Shown here: positions 39,314 to 53,519 of the stretch, one piece after another
Position numbering within the stretch: the first letter of the stretch is position 1
Layout of the letters: every line of letters starts with the position of its first letter
From: Carcharhinus amblyrhynchos
Taxonomy: Eukaryota
Assembly: GCA_965287045.1 (NCBI GenBank)
Contig: OZ336881.1
Span: forward strand, 45,446,001-45,510,000
Direction of reading: 5' to 3'
Length of the DNA: 64,000 nucleotides
The notes under the pieces: model-generated
The model's database searches: none
What the model saw: only the letters and a program-made list of their open reading frames with translations
Told to the model about the DNA's origin: nothing
Translations under genes and position numbers: made by a program

Positions 39314-39575
39314 GGGCAGCATGGTGGCACAATGGTTAGCACTGCTGCCTCACAGGCCATGGACTCAGGTTTGATTCCTGGCTTGGGTCACTGTCTGAGC
39401 GGAGTTTGCATATTCTCCCTGTGTCTGTGTAGGTTTCCCTCGGGTGCTCCAGTTTGGTCTACAGCTCAACAATGTGTGGGTTAGTTGGATTGGCCATGCT
39501 AAATTGCCCCTTAGTTTCAGAGGGACTAGCTGGGATAAGTGCCAGGGATTATGGGATAAGGCCCAGGTGAATTTG
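39314..39575 (+). mobile_element. HE1-type V-SINE, 3' truncated
   Basis: gggcagcatggtggcacaatggttagcactgctgcctcacag head and V core. Confidence 0.88.
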
Positions 39576-39679
39576 TGGTCTACTGCAGCAGAGCGCATTG
39601 GCTCGATTCTGGGTGTATCACCATCAAGGGTGCGCTTAGATAGAGATCAGTTAAAAAAAATGCTGAAGGTGCTTTTTAT

Positions 39680-40720
39680 GCCCCAAGGCGATTCTCTGAA
39701 AAAATGTGTTGAATTTGCATAAAAACTGGAGTAAATCCATGCTGTTTTTTTCAGTGGAAGTTTCAAAATTAATCTCCCACACTGTGCGCACTGCAGAGTG
39801 CACTCGTAGAAATCAGCCCGTAAATCGGCGGCAGGGTTTATTTCCTCTGGAGAGGCTGATAGGCCACGCATTTGCTGAAATCGGCACATGCACAATAGCC
39901 TCACACTGCTAACTCAATCCTGGCGAGTTCTGTGTCCCCCCCCCCACCCCAATCCTGCCAATGGCCTGATTGCTGACCCTCCAGATGTGTCTGGGTCAGC
40001 CTCGCTCCTACCCTCAGCCTGCCTCAATCCCTCGCTCTCTCCCCAACCCACCCACAGCCCCAATCTCCTGATTTCCACCCCTGCCCCTCACTGGCAGCCC
40101 CAACACCCTCCCGCAGTGTCCCCACCCCCAACCTGATGCCCAGCACCAATCGCCAGCCTCCCTCCCTCTGTCACTCAGCCTGACTGCAGAGTGGCAGCGG
40201 AGCCCCTCTCCCCCACAGATCACCTCCCTCTCCAGAGGCCCTGCCCTGCATTAGGCTCCACCTCCTGGGCATCAGTACCTTTCCCTTTAGGCAGTGCCAG
40301 GGCCAAGACTGGCAATGCCCAGCAGGGCAGGGGGTAATCCCTCCTAGCGCCCAACCCTCTGGGAGGCCTCAATTACCTCCCCTTCACTCCAGCGGGGTCG
40401 AGCTGACAGCTCCCTGCAAGTGGGGAACCATAGTAAACCCTGCTGGTGTAACCCACTCCTGGTGGGGTGGATTGGTGGGGGGAGGGAGGGAGGGAAGTAG
40501 AGACTAGCAGGCCTGGAGGCTTCAGTCCCGGGCCCACTAATAAAATGCAAAATTTATGGTAATGAATATTACATAAGTTCTTCAACTTTGTGCCGATTTC
40601 TGGCTAGGAGTTGATAATGCCAGAAATCTGGCTGCTGGAGACTTGTGGAGGATATGGAGCCCAGCTGGATGTCTGAAAAAGGTCTCTGCTTGAATCTCCC
40701 AGCCTGCTGCGCTGCTTTAG
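39680..40720 (-). mobile_element. MITE-like element (family A), reverse orientation
   Basis: gaatttgcataaaaactggagtaaatc...actgcagag...gcacatgcaca is the reverse of 7330-7560. C-rich core. Confidence 0.6.
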
Positions 40721-42477
40721 CATTATTAGCATGGTTTTTCGCATCAGCCATCTTCTCCAGTAAAAACTATGACATAAGGACTCTGGAGGAGAAATGTGGA
40801 GCTCCTGTCCTGTATTGACTGGCTATCCAGGTGCCCTTTAAATATAGCAGGGCCTTGGACCCCATGGCATAATGGCCCTGTGCATGACTTGCTGCTCACC
40901 ACACTATGAAATTTGCCAAGCTCCTTGCAGATGCTGTCCATTTTTGTATGAATGGAAAATCTTTAAGCTGAAGAGCAGAAGATTGCATGTGTTCAGCCAT
41001 CTGCCACTCTGCAGGAATCAGCTGACATGGCTACCAGACTAATTTTACCAAATCATATATTTCACCAATGTTTTATTTGCTTCACTTGGTTTTTCCCCAT
41101 CCTCTTGCCTCCATCTGTGCTGTTTGTCATGAAAGGTACTTGGATTTGGTTCCCCTACATTTCTCACTTGTTGGAATGTATCAATTTTCTATATAAAGAT
41201 TACTCATTGTGCTGAATTTAGTTGAGTCTGCCAGAGTTGACAGGAGGTCCAGGCAAATTTGGCAATGAGCATGACAATTAGGCTCATTAGTGAGGTACTT
41301 TGCACCAATTATCCCTGAGCCTCCCCCAGAATTCAGTGGGGGCTCAGGGACTATACTGAACTCACATGGCTCTGTCATGCTTTCTGAAGCTTACCCAGAA
41401 ACCTTGTTGGGCTTGCCAACTGTGTTCTGGGAGGAGAGAGTATCTCGTTGACAGACACTCAGTGCACAGTCAAAGGACAAAGCATCAACAGGGGTGGGAA
41501 CTTTGATAGCCATTCCCCTGAGCGTTTCTCAAAATGTCCTAATCCTCCTAATCCTCCTATCCATCTATCCCTTCCCTGTTTCCCCACCATCACACCACCC
41601 TCAACCTTCTCCATGGATTTAGGGGTGATCCATAACTGGACGTCGGAATATTACCAACAGTAATCAATACTCCGAGTGATGCCAGCAAAGGAGATCTACC
41701 AGCTTCTGATTGGTCAGTGGCTCTCAGAATGGGATTTCCATCCCACCGAAGGTTTGATTGTGTGGAAGTCCCAAGGCTGGTCAGTTGTGTCTGAGGGCAT
41801 TTAAATTAGTCTCGCCCATGGAAGCAACACAGCGCTCCCACTAGTGGGAGTGACTCTTGTTACTTTTCCTAAATGCCGGCCAGTGTTATATTTCAGCCCT
41901 TCCTGTCTGCCTATGGCTCCACTTGACTCTGACTTGATGCCCTCTCATCCCATTGATGTGTGGTCCTTTTAAAATTTTGTTTTTCTAATATAGTTTTTTT
42001 CAAAATGCTGCCTGGTGTAAAATATAAATTATACCAGCAGTGCAATAAATTATTCACTCTATATCATTTTTCTTTGTTTCAAATACATAATGTAATAGCT
42101 GTTCTGCAATAAGGTAAATGGGGATAAATGAAAAGCAGATGGATTGTTAATAATTAACAGATGATATAAACATAAACTCCAGGAGTCCAATGGGGTGCAA
42201 TTGGAACTTGTGAGTAATAAAATTATCCAGACATCCTTGGAGTTATACACAATCTTCAGAAAAAATATAAAGAAGGAACAAACCTCTTTCCAATAATTTT
42301 GTCTGTGGCTGGTAATACAATATGCATGATCTGGTGTAATATTCCTCATTGAAGTACAAAGATTTTGTTTTTCGGATTGTGCTGCTTATTGTGATATAAG
42401 TGGTTAATTAATGCAAGTTTTACAAGCAAATAATTTAGTCATTGGGTAATTGTAAGTTACTTATTACACTAAATATT

Positions 42478-43320
42478 ATGGATGCGATTTTCTAAAAAAA
42501 TTCTAAGTGTCAAATGGGCAATAAAATATTTTTCTCCCCTGTTTTTGAGAGAGGTACGTAATGGTAATTTGACACTGTGCAATACAGAGGCAGTAATGTG
42601 AATCTTGCTCGTTGTGGGGGTGGGGTGGCGGGATGGGTGGGGGGTAGAGTCTAGAGTCTCAGCTCACTTGCCAGGCTGACTGCTCAGCTCCAGGAGCAAC
42701 GTTGCACAGGCTCCCCAGTCTTCCAGTATACTCTCTACAACCTATGTACACAGTATACTGGGTGATCTATCACTCCCCCATGGGCATCGCCACCCCCTGC
42801 CCCACGCTGATCACTGTTCTGGCCAGGTTCACCGCCCCCACCCCCCCACCAATTGCTGTCCCAGCTGCTCACCGCCTTCTTCAATTGCCTCCCCATTCTC
42901 TGCCCCAGTTCATTGCCCACTCTTCATTACTTCTCCAACCCCTGATCGCTTGCCACCCCTGATCTCTGTCCCCATCAATCAGATTCTCCTCCCACCCATC
43001 CACAGCTCCCTCTTCTCTCGGCTCCTATGGACCTCCTCCCCGTCTTCCTCATCAAGTCACACCCGCTCATGACCACTGGAAATGCCAGTGTCAGGGTGGC
43101 ATTTCCCCATAGGCACTGCTTGGCCCTGCCCCATTGATGGGGACCATCTGTGATCCTTGCCGGTGAGAACCGAGACCAGCAAGGGGATGAGGGGAAGTGA
43201 GCCTGGAAATGTCATTAAACATGTCATTAATATTGAAATGAGCCTTGCATCCTTCCTGGGTTGATCAGCATGATGAGCCGATAAGATCCCACCCAGAAGG
43301 AATTTTCCGGGTTTAAAAAA
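42478..43320 (-). mobile_element. MITE-like GC-rich element
   Basis: Begins ggatgcgattttctaaaaaaattctaagtgtcaaat, similar to the family A terminus. C-rich repetitive core. Confidence 0.45.
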
Positions 43321-43461
43321 AAAGCACATTCACTTTTATTTTACATCTCTTTTCATAATACCTGACAAGACAAATATTAAATATTGCAAATGTATAGATT
43401 TTTTCAAATTTTCATTTAATTCAGATTATGACCATTTACAACAAGAAGTATTATTACCCTT

Positions 43462-44609
43462 AGGTCAGGGGACATGGAGTTGGGGGTAGGGTGTTAGCGT
43501 GGATAGAGGATTGGTTGTCAAATAGGAGGCAGAGAGTGGGGGTCAATGGGTGCTATTCGGATTGGCGGTTGGTGACTAGTGGGGTGCCCCAGGGGTCGGT
43601 GCTGGGGCCTCAGCTGTTTACCATTTATATAGATGATCTGGAGGAGGGAACCGAGTGCAGGGTGTCGAAATTTGCTGATGACACCAAGATTGGGGGAAAG
43701 GCAAATTGTGCAGAGGGTGTGGAGAGTCTGCAGAAGGATCTAGATAGGCTGGGCGAATGGGCCAGGAAATGGCAAATGGAATTTAATGTTGGCAAGTGCG
43801 AGGTGGTCCACTTTGGTAGGAAGAATGGTAGGAAGGACTATTACTTACGTGGCGAAAAACTGCAGCAGGCGACAGTGCAGAGGGACCTCGGGGGTCCTTG
43901 TGCATGAGTCGCAAAAACCCAGCTTGCAGGTGCAGCAGGTGGTCCGGAAGGCGAATGGGATGCTGGCCTTCATAGCGAGGGGGATTGAATATAAAAGTAG
44001 GGAGGTCTTGCTGCAGCTGTATAGGGCATTGGTGAGGCCGCAGCTGGAGTACTGTGTGCAGTTTTGGGCGCCGCACCTGCGCAAGGATATTTTGGCCCTG
44101 GAGGGAGTGCAGAGGAGGTTTACTAGGCTGATACCGGAGTTGAGGGGATTGAGCTATGAGGAGAGGCTGAATAAACTAGGCTTGTACTCGTTAGAGTTTA
44201 GAAGAATGAGGGGAGATCTCATTGAGACGTATAAGATGATGAATGGGATGGATAGGATAGAGGTGGAGAGACTCTTCCCGCTCAAAAAAGACAGTAGGAC
44301 TAGGGGGCACAGCCTCAAGATAACGGGGAGGCGGTTTAGAATGGAGTTGAGGAGGAACTTCTTCACTCAAAGGGTGGTGAATCTCTGGAATTCTCTGCCC
44401 GTTGAAGTGGTGGAGGCTGCCTCACTAAATATTTTTAAGAAGCGGGTTGATGGGTTCTTGATAAGAGAGGGGATTAAGGGTTATGGGGAGAGGGTGGGAA
44501 AGTGGAACTGAGCCACGACAGATCAGCCATGATCTTATTGAATGGCGGGGCAGGCTCGAAGGGCTAGATGGCCTACTCCTGCTCCTATTTCTTATGTTCT
44601 TATGTTCTT
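43462..44609 (+). mobile_element. Young 5'-truncated CR1 LINE (RT C-terminal half, 3' UTR, TTCTTATG tail)
   Basis: ORFs 43491-43907 and 43786-44511 contain SGVPQGSVLGP, KFADDTK and [11 protein letters not shown]. One frameshift near 43890, no stop codons, tail (ttcttatg)n. Confidence 0.97.
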
Positions 44610-45057
44610 TTATTTGATTTCACTATTTTTATAATTTTATAATTATTTCCGACCAGGAAACACATTGTCTAATAGTACGTCTGAGAATGTTAACCCTGAT
44701 CAACTTATTGCTATTATGATGGCCAGAATTAATTGACTTCCCAATTTTGAAAATAGCAATTACACAAACTGATTATTGTATATAGGTTGATTGAAGCAGA
44801 ACACAGTTTAATCACAATGTGTTTTGTATCAGCATTTAACATGTTAATGTGGACACTGAAACCACCTTGAACCACTCACAGAACATTCAACTACAATAAC
44901 AATTAGAAGATAGATTCTTATTTACACAACATTTATTGAGAGAGATTAACCTAATAGGGAACCTGGCAAAATATTTAAGTGGGGTCATTGAATGTTATCA
45001 TTAACATTTAGAATGCAATTGAACAGCTGGAAAATGAAATGAATTAGGTATTACAGA

Positions 45058-46190
45058 GGGGTAGTGTTATTTCAACAGCTGATGAGGATGATTGTCCAAC
45101 CTCGCTACATCTTTCACAGACCATGCTAATACCAGAGAATAGTATACAGGGTTCTACATCTGCTGCCACACAGTTTGTGATTTTCCCAGCCTCTTTCTGA
45201 TGGCTCAGATCAGATCACAGCCAAAAAGGGCACAAGACAGATTAACATATTTAAATTGGCATTGAAATATGCATAGCCCATTTGAATCCTAGAGCATGGA
45301 GTTCTCCAGCCTTCTGACGCGGCAGAAAAAAATGTGAGTATCACCATTGATCTTCACAAGCTATGGTCACATGAGAGTGGCAGGAGTGCTAAGTGGGGAG
45401 CCCCCCAGACAGTCAGGGAGCATGGCCAGGCAGTTTTCAGTCAGTAATGCATACCCGGCAGTGCCTAACTGGCACACTGGTGCCCGGCAGTGGTCACTGG
45501 ACATTCTGGCAGTGGCTACTGGACAGTCTGGCAGTGCCAATTGGACACCACTAGTGGTCACTGACTGGGGGCCATGAGTGAGCAGGCGATGCTGGGGAAG
45601 TCTGATCAAGTGGGGGGTGTGGGATGGGGTGTGAGGGGTTGATTGTGAAGGCAGCCTTGATGCAGGGGACATGTCAGGGGATTTGATGGGGCGGCATGTC
45701 GGGAGTCTTGATGTGCGTGGTATTTTGAGGATTTGGCAGAGGGACCCTACAGGAGGGCACCAATGCCCCACTGTTAGTAACCCATGTCAGGGAACAGCAG
45801 GGCCACCAATGAGGTGGGAGTTGCAATGTTAATGAAGAAGGTGGGGATGGGGTCTTCCAATGCGCTGTGAGATGAGGGTGCCCTTGCAAAATGGTGCCTG
45901 AGTGCTCTGAAGCCAGGTTCACTGTCCTATGTCACTGGTTAATGGGCTGCAGTTCATAACTGCAGTACCCTCTTGATGGGGCCATGATTCATGTGATTAA
46001 TACCCCATTATGCACCTTGTTTACAGACAGTAATCAGGGTTTCCAGGATTGTTTGAGAATTACCTGCTGAAAACTTCACTAAAGCTGTGCAATTTCTGCA
46101 CCACTTACAACAAAAATTGTTTTTCTTCTTCTGCTCTTGGGCTATGAACTTTTGTGCCTCATCACCAACATAATTGTAAAATTTGACCCC
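45058..46190 (+). mobile_element. MITE-like element (family C)
   Basis: Homology to 12133-13215. Ends tgtaaaatttgacccca. Confidence 0.55.
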
Positions 46191-46413
46191 ATGGTACTTG
46201 AAGTACTTTGGAAGTCTGTTGAGGCTAAAAATAGTCATGGTCAGTTGAAGGTTGGATATTCCGGACCATTTCTGGCATAGACTATGTGATCGGCATGTTA
46301 TTGAGGCCGATAGTGCCGACACTATATGTGTGCACTGAAAATATGTAGAATAGGCAGATTGTAACATCGAACAGAATTTAATGCCTGTCGTGCCATTTTG
46401 GACCTTGCTGCTA

Positions 46414-46500
46414 TAGTTTAGTTATTAGTGTCTCAGGTCGGTTTACATTAACTCTGTAATGAAGTTACTGTGAAAATCCCTTAGTCACCACACTCTGGCT
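46414..46500 (-). mobile_element. SINE 3' tail (alternative-tail type)
   Basis: gtaatgaagttactgtgaaaatccc is the reverse complement of the 15905-15930 tail. Confidence 0.7.
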
Positions 46501-46898
46501 CCACATGGAAGGGGAGGGGGTGGTTAGGATTGGCAATGAGGTCAGAGATCTGGGCTGGCCTGGGATGGGATGAGGGGGATGTGTTGGATTGGCCGATGAT
46601 AATGGGGTGGGGGGGAGCATGGGGGACTCTGTTGGGGAGCAATCGGGAAGCTCGCGATTGAGAGGTTTGCACTGGAGGTGGGGGGGGGAGGGGGGGGGGG
46701 TGGGGTTCATATGCGCCGATCTCCCCACTGACAGATCAGTGCATATACTCAGCACACTGATTCTGGCCTTTCCAATAGGATGAGCCCTTCCTGAGAAACT
46801 CTGTAGCGCACAGAGAGATTTGTGAAAGTGTGCCCAAAAGACAGGCAGGAAAATCTCCCATTTTTCTGCGTGTTGTTTTTTTGGGAGAATTGCCCTCA
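46501..46898 (+). mobile_element. Right half of MITE family A
   Basis: actgacagatc...ctgatt...agcgcacagag...ttttttgggagaattgccc matches 7350-7585. Confidence 0.6.
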
Positions 46899-47629
46899 TG
46901 ATATCAGACCTGTTAAACTCAAAGTCTTCTGGGGCAGATTCTCCTCAAACCTCTCATGGTACTGAAGTTTAGACAACTTTATAGTTGCCGTATCAAAGAT
47001 TGTTACTATCATAGGACGATCTTGTGTACTCAGTGTGAAGACAAAAAAAAACTTGAGCGTTATCCAGGATGCAGATATGTTAGGAGGATGATAATCTCAC
47101 ATCAGCTCAGAACGATGTGACATATTGTCAGAATACCCAACTCAAGGCTGTCCAAACGAATGCTCTACTCCAGAGCTAAGTCTGGGAGGCTGCTTACATG
47201 GGAGCCAAAGGAAACATTTCAAAATCAACCTCAATAAGGCAATGAAGCAGATGCCTAGCTGTGACTAAAATAACAACCCATCATCAAAAATGGTGCCAAG
47301 ATCTCCCAATGAACAGCCACAAAGAGAATGGAGAGATGGCAAGAAGAAACAGCTACTCAAGCCAGCAATAAACAACCGTCTCTGCTGGCCAGCAACCAAC
47401 GTCCTCACATCTTTAAAGCTAAGCTTGTGAGCTATTTGTGACCCCACAGCCAACACTGACACCTCATTTCCACCCAGCTACCTAAAAGGAAGAATCACCC
47501 TCAATAAAGATTGCCAGCGCTGATGATAACATCTTTGAGAGCAGTAAAAAACAGTTCCGGTTACACTGTCATTAATGTAAGATTAGTTTGATGACACTTT
47601 CATTTTTCTTTCGTGTTCTTATAAGACAT

Positions 47630-50452
47630 AGTTGGGATGATCCCCCATTCTGCTGTGCTGGGAGATTCTTGTGTCGACCAGTTTGCAGGATTCGCACGTG
47701 TTTCTGCCACGATAGCATCTCCCAACCCTAGTTTTCCAGCGCCAGTGGAACCATGCTGAAAATCAGCCCAACAGACAAAAACAATGGCATGCATTTACAA
47801 AACTTACCATCTGATTAGAGGGTCTGTGACAACAATCTCCGCCCTCATTGCATCTCCCAGCTCTCTGGCGCGGTTTACATCTACTATATAAAAGTTGGGA
47901 GTTGGCGTAGCAGAGTTGAACAGAAGAAGGAGGTAAATTTTATGGCCCTGGAGTGCTGGGGATGTTGGAGGCAGGGCCTGGAGATTTGTGGCTCACTGTG
48001 GAGAGCTTCCTGGAGATCTTCAGGTGTTGCGCCCTGGTCCTGTAGGATGCGGTCAAGCCCTTAACAGAGTGCTGGCCAGTCTGCTCTCTGCAGTCACTGT
48101 GCTGTTCCTGTGGGGCAGGGCCCTTTGAGTGTCAGCCCTGCCCAACCTGCACACTCTTCCTGCCAGCTGTGTTCATATTGCCAATGGCAGGCATGGCACC
48201 ATAGATTCTGTTGTGTTGCCAGCATCCACAAGTGTGAGTACTGACCCCATGAGGGATGGAACAGGGGGGCAGCTGCTGAGGTAGATGCAAGCAATGACAT
48301 AAATCTATCAATCTTTTTCTCTCCAAACTCCATTATGCAGAATAGATCTTGGGGACTGATTGATCTAGAGCTGGCCATCAAGGTGGTGGCTGAGGAGGCA
48401 GCAGCGGTTCAGGAGGTGGAAGGCATGGAGAGGCCCTGCAGGAGCAGCGAGTGGCAGGCCCTCAGGAAGGAGGGGAGGGGGCTGCCGCTGATGGCCAAGA
48501 GGTGGGAGAGCAGTCTCCCCAAAAGGTGGCCAGCAGAAAGAGGATGCAGAGGCAAAGGCGGTACTGGACCAGGCATTAATTTGAGCGGCTTTTGGAGATT
48601 ATGTGCTGTTGCTGGCTCTGTCTTTCCTAGGACATGGTCCGACACTTGTTAAGGTGGTCGCACACCTAGTACCTGAAGGAAGGGGTGTCCACCTGCTCCC
48701 AGAAGAAGTTACGGTGACAGCGGCCCTCAATCTCCACCCAATGGACAAATATGTCTCCTGGATGCAGACAACACCTTTGTATGTGGCCAGCAGTGTCGCT
48801 GCCATGGCCCACTGTGTCTCCAAGATGGCCTGGACCCTGTCACCCATGAGGCCAAATACCTCATGGCGGGGGGGCACCAACACCCAAAAGACCTGGTGCA
48901 TCGGGATCCAGGACTGTCACAGAGAACACATATTAGGGGAAGGGAGGGAAAGTAACCTATGCAGCATTGCATTTACTCTAAAGGAGACTTAGGAAGAGGG
49001 TTAAGCTGATGCTCACTTGCAAGATGATGCCAACCTGGCTGTCAGTTACCATTCTAGGTGTTGATTCTTCCCTTAGCTAGCTCCAGGGCACGCTGCTCGC
49101 AGACAGTCAGGTGCACAGCTCAGGCACACCACCACCTGTCTGTGCTCTGTCTCACTTGATTGTGTGCTCTTTTCTTCTGTGGGGACATAAAGGGGGCTGA
49201 AAGCAAGGATATATTGAAGTACATGGGGCACCTGAGATTTGGAGCTTGTGTTGGCCACTTTGGGGAAAAAGATCACCACTGGGGAGTGCTGACTTGGGGG
49301 GCAGGTGGCTATTGTTGGATGCCCTTCAAGTGTCTGAGCGTGATGTGGCATTGTTAGTGCAGCGCCTGTGCAGGTTTCAGAATAGGATGCCAACTCATCC
49401 CCACCCCTCCCCCCCACACACAATGCCTTTGCAGCATGACCCCTTGGGCAACAGCCCTGACTGGGGAACAGCAGTTGGCACCTCTCGTTCATTGTATCCA
49501 ACTGGCAGGCCAGGTCAGCCTGGCAGAACCTCAGGGCGGGTTTCTTTCTGGCCATCTTTCTGCAATTCTATGAGGTTTCTTTCCAGTTATTTTCCTGGTG
49601 TGTCCAGCTGTGTGTTCATTATTGCAGCTTATGTACAGCTCTGGCTTGTTAGGGGAGTCCAGGTGCAATTTGTTTGGGCAATCGTGGGCCCATTTGTGAG
49701 AAATGTAAAGGGAACCCAGTTTCAATCAAGGGCGAGCGATTTCCCAGGGTGCTGATTGGCTCTCACTCAACAAAGTCCTGTGTCTAGGGGATACAATGCT
49801 GTCATACAACAAGGAAGAATGCTCACAGGTAGGGGTTGTGCATGGCAACACAGTGCTATTTATATGCAAAGCAGTAGTGAGGCCAGTGTGTGTGAATTGA
49901 TGGGGAGTCCAGCTATGTCTGGAATCATTGGGGGTTAGGGAGGCTAGCGATGTCCGAATCATTGGGGGAGGCCAGTGATGTCTGGGTCATTGGGGGATGG
50001 GGAAGCCAGCGATGTTTGGGTCACTGGGGGATCAGGAGGTCAGGGATGTTCATGGGGGGAAAGCGGGTGAGAAGCAAGCAATATTTGTGTGGATGGTGGG
50101 GGTGGGGGGTGTGTTGGTGGAAGGTTAGTGATGTCCGTGGTAAGGAGTCAAAGACCAATGATGAAGCCAGTCATGTCTGTGGGGAGTTGAGGCCAGCAAT
50201 CTCAATGCTTGGATATCTTTTTAGTGATCCCCCAGATACGTGTGCATGCATGAGGTCCCACTCATCGCGCCAATTTCATCCTCATCAGCAGAAAAAGCAG
50301 CCCAGTTTTTAATGATAATCACATGAATGGCCTCTGCAGTGCATAGAATGTGGGAGATTCATTTTCAGAAACATGCTGAAAAAACCAGGATGAATTACTC
50401 CAGTTTTCATTCAAATTTGACACTTGGATTTTTTTGGGGAGCATTCCAGCCG
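47630..50452. mobile_element. Internally deleted PIF/Harbinger transposon with convergent transposase (+) and Myb/SANT (-) relics
   Basis: + strand about 48540-48870: HLVPEGRGVHLLPEEVTVTAALNL (HARBI1-like N-terminus). - strand 49555-49050: MARKKPALRF...LLFPSQG and KKRAHNQ/AQTGGGVPEL. The right end is the family A terminus. Left boundary uncertain. Confidence 0.7.
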
Positions 50453-53400
50453 GGGACTGACTCTTAACTCCCAAAAAGAGGGACAGTGGTCCCATGTCAG
50501 ACACTAAATTGATGTCCCTCTTCACCAACAATAACAATTAACACTCCCAAAAAGCCACCAGTAACTCTCAACTGTCATTGATTGGGCTCTGAACCCCTGC
50601 CATCATGATCTCAGCCAGGCTCGGCTCCCAGCCCTGATTGCTATATTCACAATCTCTCCACAATTGAAAATCTCCTGACTAACATCAGCTCCTCATTACA
50701 CCTGCAATTGTATTCAACTTCAGACATCTCAACCCCCAACCACTCTGGCAATCAGGGTTCCTCAAATATCCCCCTCACCTGCGCTGTAATTGGAGACCCT
50801 ATGACCACCATTGGCAAGCCTCTACAATTGGTGCACCTTCCACTTGTGATTCAGAGCCCCTACCAAGATCCAGACAACTCCAATCTGGAGACCACCCCAT
50901 ATTTGTTTTCACTCCCCATGATATTTAGCTGCTCTTTTAGACTTTGGGCTTGTGAAGCAGACTTCATCTGAATGGCTTTCATCCTGATAACCAGGCAACT
51001 GTGAGCAGAAACTTGAAAAAAAATGAGATAAAGTAGTCAAGTTATGCAAGGTATTTGGGAACCTCTTCTTCCCTATTTCTTAACCTCTCAGCTGACACTC
51101 CCACACAGAATTCACCTCTGGGCTAAAAATCCAGATCATTTTTTTAAGTAAAACAATGTGAAGATGGCATATTACTTTATTTGTACTTCTGACATTATTT
51201 AGCTTTTCAGTTTTTTTCCACATTGTATTCTTCTTGTCCATGCTGTTTACCACTGTGGGAGAATGGATTCTGCAGGTAGCACACTGCATGCTCAATGCTT
51301 TCCATTGCTAATTCAACTTGTACGCTGAGCTGGCAGGGAGTAAGCGTTCAGGTGTCAAGATGAGTACAGCTATTTTCTTCTTCCAAGGATCAATAAGATA
51401 GATCATACAAATGAATAGGTTTGAGAGTTCCCTAAACAGGATATTTCACATGTCATTTAGAAGAGAAGTGTAATAACAGTGTAAGATATTCTAAGCATAT
51501 GTTGAAACAGAAATATTATAATTGAAAATTAATGTTGAACATGACCCTGATGATTACTGGAGGTAACCTATTTTACTTCATCTGTGAGTTGAAATAAAAG
51601 ACAAAAATAATGTCAAGGCTCATCCATATGCATATTTAGTATTTAAATTTTCATTGCTTGAAGGCAACACAAACAAAATATTGCAAAGATGACATGGTTA
51701 TGCACCAAATTAAAAAGCTGAGCATGTTTTATGGTAATCAAATGGTGCAATTACCAGAAAATCTGAGCATAATTTTGTATGGAATGGTGTTGCTTTTGGG
51801 TTTGTCTTATTTATAGAAACTGTTGACCATTAAAACAGTGAATATATAAAAGTTGAGTATGTCAACTGTAACAGTTCTTTGTTCTGCCTGGGATGTATTT
51901 ATTACAGCCTGAGGTGAATTTTCACTTTAACTTTTGAACAGAGACAAGACAATAGCTTGATTTTAAACAGTATCCAATGTTTGTTTATAACTAAAAACAT
52001 GACTGAAGAGAGGTGTAAAATGGTTGTCCAATCTACTTCTGCTTGTTTTCTGGAAGGAGCATTCAACATAGTTCAACAGCCTGATAATCAGCTCAGAAAT
52101 ACTTCCACCACTTCCCCCATTATTCCCCAAAGGGTAAAAAAGCAATATGTGTGTGGGAGATACGCAAGCAACAACTGCCTAGGTGTATGATATACTTGAC
52201 CATACTGTAAGCCACTGCATTCAACATTGCAGCTGAAAGTGGAAGGATGGTCCTTTGCATTTTCACTTATATCTCAATACTTTTGGAGAAAAAACTGTCC
52301 ACTTAGATGTGTCCTTCAGTCCTTATTTGCCTTTGTGCATTGAAACTACTTAACATAGAAGTAACTTAAGAGCAGACATTTTCTATTTGGCAGTGATGAC
52401 TTTACAAAAACATGGGATGGAATTTTGAGCCTGCTGTCAGTACAAATAGCGACACCCAAAACCTTGCAAGAGTCAGAAAATGAAATCCTCGTTGGTCAGG
52501 CTGCAGGGGCAGCTGTAGGGCATATGCCATGTGGAAGGACACTGCAGAGTCCAAGCGATGAGGGATATCAGGGATATTTTCATGAGTGGCTGGCTGTTCA
52601 GGATCTGCTGCCCATGAAAGCTGGGGGAATGAAAGTTAAATTTAAGGATCAGGTTGAATACAATTTGGAGACTTGAAATAAATCAGATTATCCTTGCCTG
52701 CCACAGGAGGAAGTCACTTCCCTAATAACATTCCTGCTGATTCCTTAATTAGTCAATTATGCCCATTAAATTGGTAATGTAATACATGGTTCTACCACAG
52801 ATAGCCACCCGCTGATTAACCCTTTGGAAGCTGAGCCCCCAAGCAATAATTCCATGACTTGCACTCACCTATCGACAAAAGAGAGGTGACACAGTTATGG
52901 CCCCCAGTACGAAGGGCAAAGGCTACGAAGCTCAGCAGGCAGCCCAGAAATGTTCTGTATTGTGACAGCATTTCAGCCCCCCTGGGAAGTCAGCATGCAG
53001 GTCAAGTCAATCTACGTATATGCCCTCAGTCCTCATCCTTGGTTCTGCAGGCCACTAAGGCGATCCAAGATAGATAAATATCTGTCATGTGGAGTTGAGA
53101 GAGGCATATGTGGGGACATGTCCACTGCATGAAAGAGTAAGAGAATGTTGCTCATTGGAAAGGTGCTCACATAGGGGAATGTCACAGGTGGATGTCTCAT
53201 GTCTTGGTAAGGCAATGTGTTCGGCACTTACAGGGCTCCTTGTTGCTCACAGATGTTTCCTCGTTTTTAGTTTTAGAGTGTGAGAATGGTGGAGCCATTG
53301 GAATTGTCTGTGCTATTGATTGCAGTGAAACAGGAAAGAGGACATCAGTATATGGTTGCATGTGGACAGGACTAGTGCTCTCTGGAGAAATGGGTGGCTC

Positions 53401-53519
53401 TCAATTACAGCGGGGGAGTGGGGGGCAGCGCCCTGCGGCTGTGGGGGGTGTGTGTGGCAGGGGTCACTGAGTTTCTGGGGGCAGGAGGTGTGGCAGGGCC
53501 TGCTGTGTTATTGGGGTGG

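Noticed and set aside
39314-39385. tRNA gene-like A/B boxes (also in other SINE heads)
   Set aside because: They continue directly into the V-SINE core, so they are SINE heads, not tRNA genes.
49915-50060. Regularly spaced ~30-nt repeats resembling a CRISPR array
   Set aside because: Degenerate minisatellite with no unique spacers and no cas genes, in vertebrate DNA.
50590-50700. Possible ancient Deu/LF-SINE-like fragment
   Set aside because: Only a few short motifs recalled from memory match. Not supportable without a profile search.
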